DNA from: Octopus sinensis
Lineage: Eukaryota
Reading direction: 5' to 3'
DNA: 64,000 bases
Assembly: GCF_006345805.1 (NCBI RefSeq)
Contig: NC_043011.1
Location: 1,550,001 to 1,614,000, forward strand
In this document: piece after piece, positions 34,848 through 48,746 of the stretch
How positions within the stretch are numbered: position 1 is the stretch's first letter
How the letters are laid out: every line of letters starts with the position of its first letter
The notes under the pieces: generated by a model
The model's database searches: none
What the model was told of the DNA's origin: nothing
What the model saw: only the letters and a program-made list of their open reading frames with translations
Program-made: the position numbers and the translations under genes

Positions 34848-35073
34848 CTATTTCTTTATTACCCACAAGGGGCTAAACATAGAGGGGACAAACAAGGACA
34901 GACATAGGTATTAAGTCGATTACATCGACCCCAGTGCGTAACTGGTACTTAATTCATCGACCCCGAAAGAATGAAAGGTAAAGTCGACCTCGGCGGAATT
35001 TGAACTCACAACGTAATGGCAGACGAAATACCACTAAGCATTTCGCCCAGCGTGCTAACGCTTCTGCCAACTC
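34848..35073 (-). mobile_element. SINE family 2 (Deu/Nin-like)
   Basis: Homology to 14913-15140. Confidence 0.8.
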
Positions 35074-36330
35074 GGCTCATTACCTCTAGAGATAAACAGG
35101 TGGAGTTAGAGTGGGACAAGAGTATGCTGTGAGCTGCCAGCTTCACAGGGTTTCTCAGCATATGTGAGAAGGAAGAAAGAGAAGGAATGTCTTAATACTC
35201 CTGCTTAAATAGTGGTTGCTGACGAGAGTCTCATTGTCGTCTCATGCATGGCACATGGTTGTAGGTGAGATCTTGTTCTTGTCTTGGACATGGTAATGGC
35301 TACCAGTGAGATCTCATTCAAAATGGTGCTGGCTTCTTGTACCTTGCTACAATTTCTTCTTATTACTGCTAATTAAAAATAGTACATAAGTTTGAATGAA
35401 TATGTAAGTGTCCTTGCAGCCTTTTACTCTTGTAGTTAACACTTTGGATAATATCTTTTACACGTGACTCTTTATTTTGTTCTTTATATGTTTTAAAAGG
35501 AAATGAATTTTGCTGCTTCTGGAATGTACCTTGCTGCAATCATGCTTCTGCCAGTATTTAAATTTTCCCTTTTGGAGATATTTGTCATTTAAATTATCTT
35601 TTGTGTGTTTCTTTGTAATGCAAATTAGATTATGAATTTAGTGAAAATGGTTTATATAGCTATCTATATGCCATAATTCTTTGTAATTTTACTGTTTGTG
35701 AAACAAACATTGCATTATCGAGAAAATTAATACCAAAAGAATATGAGGCATATCCATGCAAATACTAAACTCCATATGATATGTATTTAGAAGAGAAATA
35801 TAATTAGATTATTGTTGATGTCATAAGAACCTATAGGCCCTTGAGAGAATATGAAATAATTCTTTTTTTGGAACACAAAAGCACATGCACATCTCAAACC
35901 ACACAAAACTACAAAAATTAGCATGCTAATATTGGGCCAATAGAAAAACAACATTTATTGTAGTTGGGGAGTATAAGGTGGGAAGTATGCAGTAATGAAA
36001 TATATCAAGGAGTTAAATGTCACTCTTTTGTATTAAGCTCTTGATGCAAAAAATTAAAGAGGAAAACACAAAAAAAAAAAAAATCGTGCTATTTGGCAAC
36101 TTTGAAGACAATTCACACCTGTCTTGACACTCTCTTATCAGTGAGAAACTATTATAGCTCTCTGAGAAAGTATCACTATAACTGGGTAAAGTTAATGCTT
36201 AGAAAAGTCTCTTACAAGTAGCCTTCGTGACAATGTACACCTATTCCTTCATAGGGATATCTACAGATAGTGGTTAATTAAATTTGAAGTTGGTCATAAT
36301 TGTTAGTCATGATAGCAAGGCATTTCTTAA

Positions 36331-36544
36331 CCCTTTCATTACCATATTCATTTTGAGATGCTCTGTGTTTCATTCAATTAATTTTAAATATAACAAAGAA
36401 TTTAGTAAAAGAACTTAGTTATCATTAAGCTAGTGTTGGGAACATAAATTGTGACTAAGGTTTGGTGGAAGATTTTAATTCAAAACACTAGACATTTGTA
36501 CTACAGAGCCAGAGGCGGTTTTGGCCGGGTTGGTATCAAAAGTG
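36331..36544. mobile_element. piggyBac-type MITE
   Basis: TTAA on both sides; CCCTTTCATTACC / GGTATCAAAAGTG ends. Confidence 0.65.
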
Positions 36545-38042
36545 TTAAAATATATATTCACACAATCATCAGTCTCATAATTTCTCCTGATACAGGCACA
36601 GGATCGGCTTAGTGGGATACTTGAGAACAAATGCAACTTAAACAAAGAACTGTGTTCTTCTGAGAGTAACCCTTTAAGGAAAATGTATAGTTAAAGTAAT
36701 GCAACCCTAAACAAATTCCTTTAAAAGGTGTTGTTGAGTTAAACTAAACAAAAACAAATAAGAAACAATTTGAAATCACTAAATTCTGCACATGAACCTC
36801 TAATCATTATTCTTAGTTATAGTATATGAGGGTCAGCTCTAGCAAGCAAATCTGTGATTTGAGTCTTCCAGCCATGAACCTCATTATTTCTAGTTATAGT
36901 ATTTTTAGGGCTACATTAACCAATGTACCCTTATATTAAGGGAGTAGTGTAATTTGGTTGCTTTCTTTAGAAGGTCTTCTTTGAGCAACATCTGCAAGAT
37001 AATTTGAATTCAGCATTGCAAGCTAATGAAGCTCATTAACTTTATGATGTTTCTGTCATTGCTTAAATAGTTAAATTGTCCAATTATGTGGAATGTCTTT
37101 AAAGCTGTATAAAATTACTTGTCTTGGCTAGGGTCTGAACACAATTTTGATTACAAGATCTTTGTTTGTTCTTTTGATTAGCTTAAATTAAACTATACAA
37201 ATTCTCTTCCAGAAAATCTATATCGAAAATTACATAGACATATCCTTTATGCAGTACCAGCCAGATTAGTAACTATATAGCACGAGTCTTGTATTTTGCA
37301 GAGATCCACTCTGGACAGTTTATTACTTTTGTACTCTACTGCTATCAACTTCTATATGAATTCTACACAGAAATCATATTTGTTCTATCATTAATGGACT
37401 GTTTTCCCTTCCACTTCTATGAATGGCTATGTGTTTAATGTAGGCCCAATATTACTTCTAAATTTAACACATTACAGCTATCAAATTGAATAGTCATTGT
37501 TAATAAGCAGACCTACTCGTTTTTGGAAGATGCTAATTAATAGGCTTACCATTATATTTCCATATCTTGTCACACAGTAATTGAGTTTAATTATTATTTT
37601 TCTAATAGGTAGTATCATTTCAACATTGGAGCTCAAAAGCAAATTTTTATTAGGTTTTGTGTCAGAACAGACTATCTAACTAGTGTATTTTAATTACTTT
37701 AGTAGAAACGTTATATATTACTGAATACATATAATGTATTAATTGAGCTTTTTAGGTTTAGTTTAAAATAAAATCAGGTTCTATAGAGGAAAGGTCCACC
37801 CATTCAAATTTGTTCCATACTTTACAGCTTCTAAGACATCATCTTTCAATGTTAACCTTTTACATGTTTCAGACTTGATGACTATCATATAAAAACTGTA
37901 ATATTTATTCTGAATATGCCATCTCTTGTATAGCTGTTCTATAAATATTGATCCCTCAAGTATACAGTTGGATTCATAAAAATAATTACAATTCAGTAAA
38001 AAAGCTAGTTTCTTTTAAAATTTTGGTCCATTTTAACATATG

Positions 38043-38505
38043 TTAGTTAGTTAATTTTTTGGCTCAAAAGCAAAAAGCAAGGCCATGTAAGGGGACATGG
38101 AGTTAAGTACAGGGTGGTGTTCATGTAAAGAGTTCAGGCCACTTGAGGTCAAGGGAGACTTTGAACAAAGCAGTCGTCGGCATCTTCACCCCCTCGTCTG
38201 GCAGTTTGTTCCACGGAACCGCAACCCGGACGGAGAAAGCTCCCCTCCTTCAATTGAGATGAAATCGTCGCAGATAGAGCTTTTCAGAATGACCCCGAAG
38301 CCGACGCTCTGGAGCAGGAGTGAAGAACAGCTCTTTCGAGAGGTTACACTTTCTGCTTATGATGTTGTGAGCGAGAATGAGATCACCACGGTGGTGGTGT
38401 TTTTCTAGAGAATAAAGGTCGAGCGTCTTCAGCCTTTCTTCATAAGACAAATTCTTGAGACCATGAATCATGCGGGTAGCCAGCTTCTGGACTCTTTTGA
38501 GATGC
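38043..38505 (-). mobile_element. CR1/L2-group LINE 3' fragment
   Basis: VQKLATRMIHGLKNLSYEERLKTLDLYSLE..RGDLI, LRGH, WNKLP. Confidence 0.85.
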
Positions 38506-39834
38506 TAACATATGATACAGACTCCAATTTGCTTAATCTGGATTGCATATTCAGTCAGTAATTTCACTTCCACAGTAAATTAGACATTTGGTGCATTATA
38601 CTTACAAGAGCTATAAAACCAAATTTTATAGTTATGATGAAATTTATTATACTTGGGTTAGCTACTAATCTATTCTGCTGAATATCTTACAAGTACGGAA
38701 TTAATGTGAAAAATATGTCTTACTCTTGCCTGTATTCTTGCCATTGCCTTAAGAATTAGTTCATCTCTTAAAGATTGGATAAAAATGAAAGCTACTGATG
38801 GAAATGGGAACAAGCTAAAATACATGAGAAAAATATATAGAAAGTAAGTTTAGCAGATAAAATGGAATAAGTAGACATGTTATTGAAATATCATGAATGT
38901 GTTTCTGTTTTCATATCCTGCCTCTTTTCAGTGTATTCTCTGATCTATGTTGGGTTTCTTTTATTTGTTTATATTCTTGACTGTTAGCAACCTTGTCTCT
39001 TAACATATATGGAAACATACTGAGATAATAATTGAATTTTCATAGACCAGCTTGTATGTGCAAGCTAAAGCAAAACAAAGGAAACCAAAAAGAAATAGAA
39101 ATAAATAAATGAATAATGATGAGGATGACGACGATGACGACGACAACAACAACAACAACAACAACAATAATAATAATAGATAACACTTATATTCGCATGA
39201 GGAAAATGGCTCTAGGCAAATGAAGAAATGTCATTTATAAAAGAGGAGCAGAATTTATTGAAGAAATCATAAGACATGTTATTGCTCAGTTTGAAAAAGG
39301 AATAATTTTTTTTGGCTGCCTCCAAAATAATACTAATAATACTAATAAGAAGATGAATAATTGAAAAATATCACAAAAACAGAACCAAATGGGTAATTCA
39401 CACATAGTCTTTGGTCTTTGGAAGTAGAGAAATTTACTATTAGACCATAAATTTATTTTGGATGCTATGACAGAGTAAGATATATTTTGTTCTGCACATT
39501 TTTGTCTGTTTCTTACAAGTGTTCATTGCTTTTTGATTTGTTATACTCACATCTGGCTGACTTACACTTATGAAACTTTCTATTCGTTCAAGGATTCTGT
39601 TTGCTTCATTTACAGCTGGAGGTGTCTAGTAAATTCCCTGCTATACAATAAAGCAAACTTTAAAACAATATAGAATGAGTTCATGCGAGAAGCCAGGCGT
39701 AATCTATCATCCTTAAGCTCATTTAGACAAAAGCTGTTCAGTTCTTCTGCATTCCTTTATTTAATTTGCTGTGTATGGCAGAATCTATTTATATTGATAT
39801 AATTGTGATTTTAGGATATGTATGTATGTATGTA

Positions 39835-39869
<35 letters not shown>

Positions 39870-39906
39870 ATGTGAGTTTGTGTGTGTGTATGTGTGTGTA
39901 TACATG

Positions 39907-40267
39907 TCTTTTATCTTTTATTTGTTTCAGTCATTTGACTGTGGCCATGCTGGGGCACTACCTTAAAGACTTTTCTTCTAGTTGAATGCATTGACACCAA
40001 TATTTTTTTTTTCAGCCTAGTACTTATTTTATCGGTCTCTCTTGCTGAACCACTAAGTTGCAGGGATGTAAACACACCGACACTTGTCAAGCAGTGATAG
40101 GGCACAAACACACATATATATACATACAACAAGCTTCTTTCAGTTTCCATCTATTAAATCCACTCACAAGGCTTTAGTTTGCCCAAGGCTATAGTAGAAG
40201 ACACTTGCCCAAGGTACCATGCAGTGGAACTGAACACAGAACCATGTGGCTTGGAAGCAAGCTTCTT
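39907..40267 (-). mobile_element. Family-1 SINE
   Basis: Homology to 1029-1436. Confidence 0.8.
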
Positions 40268-40763
40268 AGAAGTTACATAGTGATTTAAGGGCCAAGAGTT
40301 TTGTGCATGGCACTTATCAAACTTGATAAGTGCCATGCATGAAACTCCAGACCCTCCCTTCCTTGACATTGTAACTTCTGCCAATTAGATATGAACAATT
40401 AGAAATAATATAAATGTTGATCAATAAGAATGAGTACTCAACACTTGTGCATCAACATTTGTGCATCAAGGCTACCATTGGTTTCATGTTAAGAAAATAT
40501 CTTAATATTTTAACAATTTTTCAAGCCAATCACATGGAGCAATGCTGTTCATCTCCATTTTGTTTTAAAATACAAGAAAACACGAGGATTCATAAGAGAG
40601 ATTTGAGATATTATTATGAATCCCCATGTGTTTTTTTGGTTTTAGTGCAAAATGGAGACAAGCACCATTCCTCCATGGGATCAGCTTGAAAAATTGTTAA
40701 GATATTAAGATATTTTCTTAATATGAAACCAATGGTAGCCTTAATACACAAATAAAGCATGAT

Positions 40764-41439
40764 ATCATCATCATCATCATTTAGCGTCCGCTTTCCATGC
40801 TAGCATGGGTTGGACGGTTCAACTGGGGTCTGGGAAGCCAGAAGGCTGCATCAGGCCCAGTTTGATCTGGCAGTGTTTCTACGGCTGGATGCCCTTCCTA
40901 ATGCCAACCACTCCGTGAGTGTAGTGGGTGCTTTTTACATGCCACCCGCACAGGTGCCAGACGGAGCTGGCAAACGGGCACGGACGGATGGTGCTTTTTA
41001 CATGCCACCGGCACGGAGGCCAGTCGGGGTGGCGTTGGCAACAGTCACGATCGGATGGTTCGCTTACTTGTCACCGGCACTGGTATCACAGCTGCAATTT
41101 CCATTGATGTTGATCGACTTCGATTTTGGTTCTGCTTTCTGATATCTGATTTGGTTTGATTTTGATTTTGATTTTGATTTTTTGATTTTCACTTGCCTCA
41201 ACGGGTCTTCACAAGTGGAGTTTTGAGTCCCAAGAAGGAAAGGTATGTATAAGTCGACTGGCTACATACCAGGTAGAGGCCACGGGTTATGGTCTCACTA
41301 GTCTTGCCGGGTCTTCTCACGCACAGCATACTTCCATAGGTCTCAGTCTCCAGTCCTTTCCTTGGTGAGACCTAAAGTTCGAAGGTCGTGCTTCACCACC
41401 TCGTCCCAGGTTTTTCTGGGTCTACCTCTTCCACAGGTT
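40764..41439 (-). mobile_element. RTE LINE ORF2 end plus 3'-UTR
   Basis: CGRGRPRKTWDEVVKHDLRTLGL...LWKYAVREKTRQD* followed by the (GAT)n-tailed family sequence. Confidence 0.85.
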
Positions 41440-41491
41440 ACCAGAAAATAAAATGACAAAGGAATAAATGATTATCTTATGAACTTCCTTA

Positions 41492-41553
41492 GCTTACAGC
41501 TGTTTCTGCTATAGTTAAGTATTTGAGTAACACCTTATAGCTTCATCGAAGCC
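41492..41553 (-). ncRNA. Hammerhead-like motif with altered core
   Basis: gct-TCGATGA-a-gctata...tatagc-a-GAAACAGCTGTA|agc; palindromic stem III ACAGCUGU. Confidence 0.5.
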
Positions 41554-41689
41554 TCAAATATGAAGTGCCTTTGTTCCTTCATCATCTTATTTTCTTATTA
41601 CTGTTCTGTATTCAACTAACACTTTGTTCTGAAGTATATGCATATTGAATTTACACTAAATTGTTAGTTTCACACTGCCTAAGTGAATA

Positions 41690-41889
<200 letters not shown>

Positions 41890-42749
41890 CTCACTGCCTT
41901 TTTCGTGGCACCAGCACAAGTGAGGTCACCAAGGAACTCAAAAGATATGCCCACTTAACTGAGTGAATTATATAGTAGAGAGGGCAGAGGCTTTGTGCCA
42001 GATGTTGAGAGGTTAAAGTATATATAGATGTACAGGAACAAGTGCTTTGTTATTGAGGAAGTACATGGCTACTCCAGATAGAAAGAGAGAGAAAAGTTGG
42101 TGGTACTTTCAAGGTAAAAGAAGGTGAATATAAAAGAGAATAGAGACAGAAGAACCAGATAAGGTGGGTGAGTAAATACTTGAATGATAGATCATTAGAA
42201 ATGGAAACAGAGGTAAATACTGAGAATGGAGAACAAGGTTGGATGGATGTAGGGGTGCTTTTTAAATCCTCTGAAGAGGATTTGGGAAGAATGTGACAGA
42301 ATTTTATGGGGACTATACAGCTAAAAGCAAAAACCAATAGCTAGTGTGTTTATCGGTTTTTAGCAATATAGATATTTCAGAATATGACAATATTGCTGTC
42401 AAAATTTTGTGAAACAAATTCAAAACTGAAAAATATATAAATATATATATATACACTTCAAACATACACAGACACACACATGATTATATATATATACATA
42501 TATATGTATGCCAGTGTGTGTGTGTATATCTGAAGATACATATATATATATATGTATATTTGAATGTGTGTGTATGTGTGTATGTGTGTGTGTGTTTTGA
42601 AATTTCTGTAAAAGTATATATCTGAAAACAAGAAGCAATAACAGTTCAGTGTGTTTGTAGACATCAATAATATGACTATTTTAAAATATAACTGTGTTTG
42701 CTTCGCATAAAAATTCTTCTAAACAAATTCAGAAATAAAATGTTCATGA

Positions 42750-42767
42750 ATACTTCTATTATTATTA

Positions 42768-42817
<50 letters not shown>

Positions 42818-42819
42818 GA

Positions 42820-42856
<37 letters not shown>

Positions 42857-43099
42857 ATAATTTTACAGTCTCATAGCAGCCAGTTTATGTTACTGAACAA
42901 TTTCAAGCTAATAACCTTTCAGACAGAGAGAGGCAAATTAGCAATCATTGGACATGTGTATTTTTTTTTTTTTTCTGTCTCATGAAAATATACTAGACAA
43001 CTACAAGCACACACACACACACATGCCCATATGCACTGACAGTTATGCACACATGTGCACACATACACTCATACACACAATAATAATAATAATAATAAC

Positions 43100-43133
<34 letters not shown>

Positions 43134-43135
43134 GT
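42750..43135. repeat. (ATT)n, (CA)n and (TAA)n tracts
   Basis: Direct reading. Confidence 0.85.
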
Positions 43136-43359
43136 ATGTATGTATGAACAGTTAATCTCTGAATTTGTTTAGAATTTTGATGTGAAACAAGCATATGAGA
43201 TTTCATTTTTTGAATTTGTTTTGCAAGAATTTGAATCTGAAACCAATATTGTCACATTTTGAAATGATCATATCATTAGAGCATATAATCACACTGACCA
43301 GTTACTGTTTCTTGTTTTTGTTACACATTTTCCCAGAAATTTCAAGACAATCAGATGAT

Positions 43360-43900
43360 TACGTATGTACGTATGTATTAATTGTATGTATGTACATATG
43401 TATGCATGCATGCATGTATGTATGTATGTATGTATGTGTGTATGTATGTATGTATGTATGTATGTGTGTGTGTATGTATGTGTGTATGTATGTATGTATG
43501 TATGTGTGTATGTGTGTGTGTATGTATGTATTACGTATGTATGTATGTATATATGTATGTAGGTATGTATGTATGTATGTATGTGTGTATGTATGTGTGT
43601 ATGTATGTATGTATGTGTGTATGTATGTATGTATGTGTGTATGTATGTGTGTATGCATGTATGTATGTGTGTATGTATGTATGTATGTATGTGTGTATGT
43701 ATGTATGTATGTATGTATGTATGTATGTATGTGTATGTATGTATGTATGTATGTGTGTATGTATGTATGTGTGTATGTATGTATGTATGTGTGTGTATGT
43801 ATGTATGTATGCATGTATGTATGTGTGTATGTGTGTGTATGTACGTATGTATGTATGTATGTGTGTATGTATGTATGTATGTATGCATGCATGCATGCAC
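43360..43900. repeat. (TGTA)n microsatellite
   Basis: ~540 bp; MYVC ORFs. Confidence 0.95.
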
Positions 43901-44387
43901 GCACCTTGATCACAGTTTTTGGTAGCTGTTGATTACATGTGACATAAACATTTGCAATTGTATCTGTCCTGTTTGTTCATTAGCTGTTTCCTAGCTATCA
44001 CCTGCTCATGAATTACAAAAGCCCAGCCTCTGAGATTCGATGTGATGTTGTGGTTATGCGTCTATGAAAAGCTACATTTCATGTTAATATTATTATCGTC
44101 TTTCAGTTTATGGGAACATACCCGTGCATAACCATTTTGTGCTATGCAGAATTTTCTCTATCAGGTCTGTTCTGAGATATATTAACTATACACATCCAGG
44201 TTCATACAAGAGGCCATCAGAAGTGAATGTTTCTTGAGGGATTCATATTTGACCCACAGGATGTTATTCACTTCCTTGGTCAATATATATATTTTTACTA
44301 CTATTGTTTAGAAGAGGTCGGGTATAGGGTATAGGTGTTATTGCAGCACATTGCTGCATCCAGCCTTTATCAGTATTTGCTTGGGTT

Positions 44388-45086
44388 AAGGCGATGAGCT
44401 GGCAGAAAGGTTAGCATGCCAGGCAAAATGCTTAGCAGTATTTCGTCTGCAATTATGTTCTGAGTTCAAATTCCGCTGAGGTCAACTTTACCTTTCATCC
44501 TTTCGGGGTCGATTAAACAAGTACCAGTTACTCACTGGGGTTGATATAATCGACTTAATTCGTTTGTCTGTCCTTGTTTGTCCTCCTTGTGGGTAGTAAA
44601 GAAATAGAAATAGGTATTTCGTCTGCCGCTACGTTCTGAGTTCAAACTCCATCAAGGTCGACTTTGCCTTTCATTTTTAAAAGAAAATAAAAAGGCGGCG
44701 AGCTGGCAGAATCATTAGCACGCTGGGCAAAATGCTCAGCGGTATTTCGTCTGCCATTACATTCGGAGTTCAAACTCTGCCGAGGTCGACTTTGCCTTTC
44801 GTCCTTTCGGGGTCGATTAAATAAGTACCAGTTATGCACTGGGGTCGATATAATCAACTTAATACGTTTGTCTGTCCTTGTTTGTCCTCTCTGTGTTTAG
44901 ACCCTTCTGGGTAGTAAAGAAATAGGTATTTCGTCTGTATTTCTGAGTTCAAATTCCACCGAGGTCGACTTTGTCTTTCATCTTTTCGGGGTCGATAAAT
45001 TAAGTACCAGTTGTATACTGGGGTAGATCTAATCAACTGGCCCCCTCCCCCAAAATTTTGGGCCTTGTGCCTAGAGTAGAAAGGAA
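44388..45086 (+). mobile_element. Tandem multimer of family-2 SINE
   Basis: Four full or partial units bounded by the 14-bp TSD tatttgcttgggtt (44374, 45087). Confidence 0.8.
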
Positions 45087-45465
45087 TATTTGCTTGGGTT
45101 GTCCTGGACAGCCCTCTAAGCAGTATTCCAGTCAATCTCCCTTCTCCATGAGACACTTCCTTATCTGCTGTGACCATATGGCAAGTGGCCGATCAACATG
45201 ATCCATCGTTGTGGTCAAATCCCCAGAGAAAAGAACATGATACACAGGACGCTGCTTGGAAAATTGGTCAACATAACCAAACAGTCAGAGTTGATGCTTC
45301 CAAACCATTCAAGTAACTGGCTGCATCTCAGTTTCTGAGTATAGTCATTTGATAGATACAAAATCTGACCAATGGTAACCCATAACCTTGTGAAGCATCC
45401 TGATACAAAAGGAGTTCAGACAGCACCTAAGGCCTCTGGACAGTGTCCAAGTCTCACAAGTTTAA

Positions 45466-45706
45466 AAAATTTTAATATTTTTACATTTTGCTCACTTTAC
45501 CTGGATTTACCTGTCACTTTGAGACAAAAGTTATGCAACAGAATTAAGAACCCTTTCTTTAGTTATGTTCCAAATATCACATTAAAATGTTGATAAGTAA
45601 AAAAGTTACAATTGTTTAATGAAACTAGTCTAGATTCATGATTATTTTAGAATTTAATTGAAACTCATGAGGGGTATATTTTGGTCAGAAAAATAGTAAC
45701 GAAAGG
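45466..45706. mobile_element. piggyBac-type MITE inserted in the RTE
   Basis: TTAA both sides; gtaacgaaagg end; splits RTE motif VLL|TCETW. Confidence 0.55.
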
Positions 45707-47609
45707 TTAAAGCAAGACAGGGAAGACCAGAGCCCTGAAGACTTGAACTTTTGTCCTACAGCTCAGAAATTAGCAGCAGCAAACTCCCTTGTCCAGTGAA
45801 TCCACAACTGCACCAGTTTTTGAGACTTTTGACTTACAGCTAATGCTGAGAAATAGTTGGCAATAGAAACAGATAAAGTCCCCCAGGAAGCCAAAGAATG
45901 ACTGGATCCTTGTCTTGACCCAGGAAAATCAAAGGCCAAGTGGTTCTACTTCTTCGCTTAATGAAAGGAGAGCGCTCTTTAAAACATCCAGAGACTCAGA
46001 AAGAATAACTGTATCATCAGCAAAATCCAAGTTAGTAATCCTAGTTTCACTAACAAGTGCACTACAATCCAATTGAGCCAATTATGCAGTCCATGCAGGC
46101 ATTGAACAGAGTGGGAACCAAAAGATACAAGTCTGATGGACACCAGATCTAACTGGGAAAAAGTCAGAAGTTGAGCCCCCAATCCAGACTGCATTCACTG
46201 TTCCAGTACATAAGGCCATCATGACCTAATCTTGGGGTTCTCAAGTCTTAAGTTTTGATGGAGCCCAAGGTGGTGGCTCAATAGGCATCATGTTTTGAGA
46301 TGCACCGAGACCCACCTAGAACTGTTCTGAATACTAGTGATTAACCTGCCAGTCAGTTGTGATCTACTGTCCTTTGATGAGATTCATACAGCAGTAATTC
46401 AGCTGAAGGGTGGAAAGGTAGCTAGTGTTTGTGCCATCGAGATGATCAAAGTGAACCTGTTGCGGTTTTGTTTACATATGAGATCCCTTGTTCCGTCTAA
46501 AGCAATGGCATCATACTACTTGACTGGATGAGGGGCATACTTATCCCTTTTTGAAAAGGTGACCACTATGACTGGAACAGCTATAGGACTGTTACACTCC
46601 TTTCAGTGCCCACTAATGTCTTTGCCATGGTTATTTTAAACAGAGTGCAAAATCATCTGCCTTCCTCGCAGTGGCCAAAGCAGTCAGGGTTCACATCAAA
46701 GAGGCAGCTACTAACAGAATCCTGGTTCTCCAAATACTATTCACAGGCAGAGTTTGCAACAGATGTGACTTGCAGCCTATGTCAGTTTCCATAAGGCATT
46801 TGATACTGCAGGCAGGAATGTGCTCTGAAGGATTCTGGAGCTGAGAGGTTTAGAAAAGGTGTTCTGAATAATTTAAGAAGCACTCAAAGCCTGTCTATAC
46901 TGATCTTATGCCTCTTCTTTCCTTTTTTCTTTTGAAATATAGTTTGTTAATATTTTTTCCTGTGGAAATTTGTAGTAAGCATCAGGTTCTTGTGGGTTTT
47001 GATGTTTATAGAACAGATTTGCTCTATAAACTAGTTGAGTACCCAAAATGTTGGTCACAATATGGGTTCAACAAATGCATTTTGTGCTCTTGTAAGCTCT
47101 GACTACCACATCTTTTTGAGTCAGGTATATTTGGTTATTTTATCTTTGTACTTTTATATGATATATTTTCATCAATTCCTGGGTACTTGTAGCACTCATT
47201 TTATGAAACAGAGATAGAAAGATAATTGATTCAGAGATTTTGGGTTTAGGAAACACGGTTTCTATGTTCAGTTGTTAAATATGAACATTTCTTTTGGTGA
47301 AACTCCTTTTTCATATAAGGAGAAAGTGTAATTAAATCCGGCTGTGTTTGGGCTTAGATCTTTAGATCGTCCACAAAAAGCTATGGTGACATTAGTGTCC
47401 TTTGCTATTGTAGACTCTAGTACATTGCCAGTAGATTTTCATAGAAGAAATGATGGTTGATTAAGGGCTGAAAGAAACTAAAGTACAAATTTTTGCTGTG
47501 AAATATTCTAATTGAAATATTTATAACTACTGAAACAGTCACTCCAATTTCAGTTTTGAATTTAAGAATTGTAGTAGCAGACCATGGAAGTGACTGAGTC
47601 AGCAGGTCC

Positions 47610-47994
47610 TACTCTTTTACTTGTTTCAGTCATTTGACTGCGGCCATGCTGGAGCACCGCCTTTAGTCGAGCAAATCGACCCCAGGACTTATTCTTTGTA
47701 AGCCCAGTACTTATTCTATCGGCCTCTTTTGCTGAACCACTAAGTTACAGAGACGTAAACACACTAGCATCGGTTGTCAAGCAATGTTGGGGGGACAAAC
47801 ACAGACACACAAACATATACACATACACACACAACGGGCTTCTTTCAGTTTCCGTCTACCAAATCCACTTACAAGGCTTTGGTCGGCCCTAGGCTATAGT
47901 AGAAGACACTTGCCCAAGGTGCCACACAGTGGGACTGAACCCGGTACCATGTGGTTGGTAAGCAAGCTACTTACCACACAGCCACTCCAATGCC
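47610..47994 (-). mobile_element. Full-length family-1 SINE
   Basis: Homology to 1029-1436. Confidence 0.85.
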
Positions 47995-48430
47995 TATGTG
48001 GTCCGTTTATGATTGTATGCATATGTGTGTATGTGTGTGTGCATATGTGTGTGTGCGCACATTCATGCATGCTCTTGTTTTTCTCTTTTTCATTGTGAGT
48101 TGATTTTGATTGGTCATTTACTTGGCAGCAAGATAATGAAGAAAAGTATCTTGCTATATTCATCATTCTTTAAGTCTTAAGAAAGTCTTGCACAGATATC
48201 AGGATTATTTGTAGCATATTAAGTAAAGAGTTGCATTCCTTCCCGCAAACCCAAGTTCAGCCATACTTTGCTCTGGGAAAGTATTATGTTACTCCAAAAA
48301 TAATAGATATGAAACAGAATGTGTATCTTGCGGACTGGATTTGTGAACTCCTAATCAATAACCAATAGATATTCTCTTTCTACTGTATTTTTCAGATCAT
48401 AGTGGTGTCCAGAGGGCAGCTAATTTACTC

Positions 48431-48660
48431 AATAAAATAAATAAATAAATGCGCCCTTTTAAATCCTAGCCAGGCTCATGGGCCCGGTTTCCCGGTTTCA
48501 ATGGCGTATGTGTTCCCCAGCTAGATGGGACACCAGTCCATCGCAGCGTTACTCATTTTTGCCAGCTCAAGAACACAACGCATCGCCTGGTCCAGGAATC
48601 AAAACCACAATCTTACGACCATGATGCTGACACCCTAACCACTAAGCCACATGCCTCCAC
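48431..48660 (-). mobile_element. tRNA-derived SINE family 3 (V-domain-like core)
   Basis: TGGCTTAGTGG A-box, GCTGCGATGGACTGGTGTCCCATC core, (ATTT)n tail. Confidence 0.65.
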
Positions 48661-48746
48661 GATTTCCTCAATAGCACATGATTTTTCTTGTGGTCCCCCA
48701 CAACAGTATCTGACCAGTTATGTTTTAACTTGATTGTTGTTTTAAT

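Larger units (their letters stand above)
44319..46847 (-). mobile_element. Degenerate RTE LINE with 5' inversion
   Basis: Minus segment 46255>44330 (SGVHQ, LDFADD, CETWTL, tail); plus segment ~46310>46847 (QLKGGK, SGF, KAFD, ILELRG); 13-bp TSD gtttagaa(g/a)aggt at 44306 and 46848. Confidence 0.75.

Noticed and set aside
39118-39180. Graded trinucleotide run GAT>GAC>AAC>AAT (similar at 27650-27722)
   Set aside because: Ordinary compound microsatellite or tail slippage; no coding context
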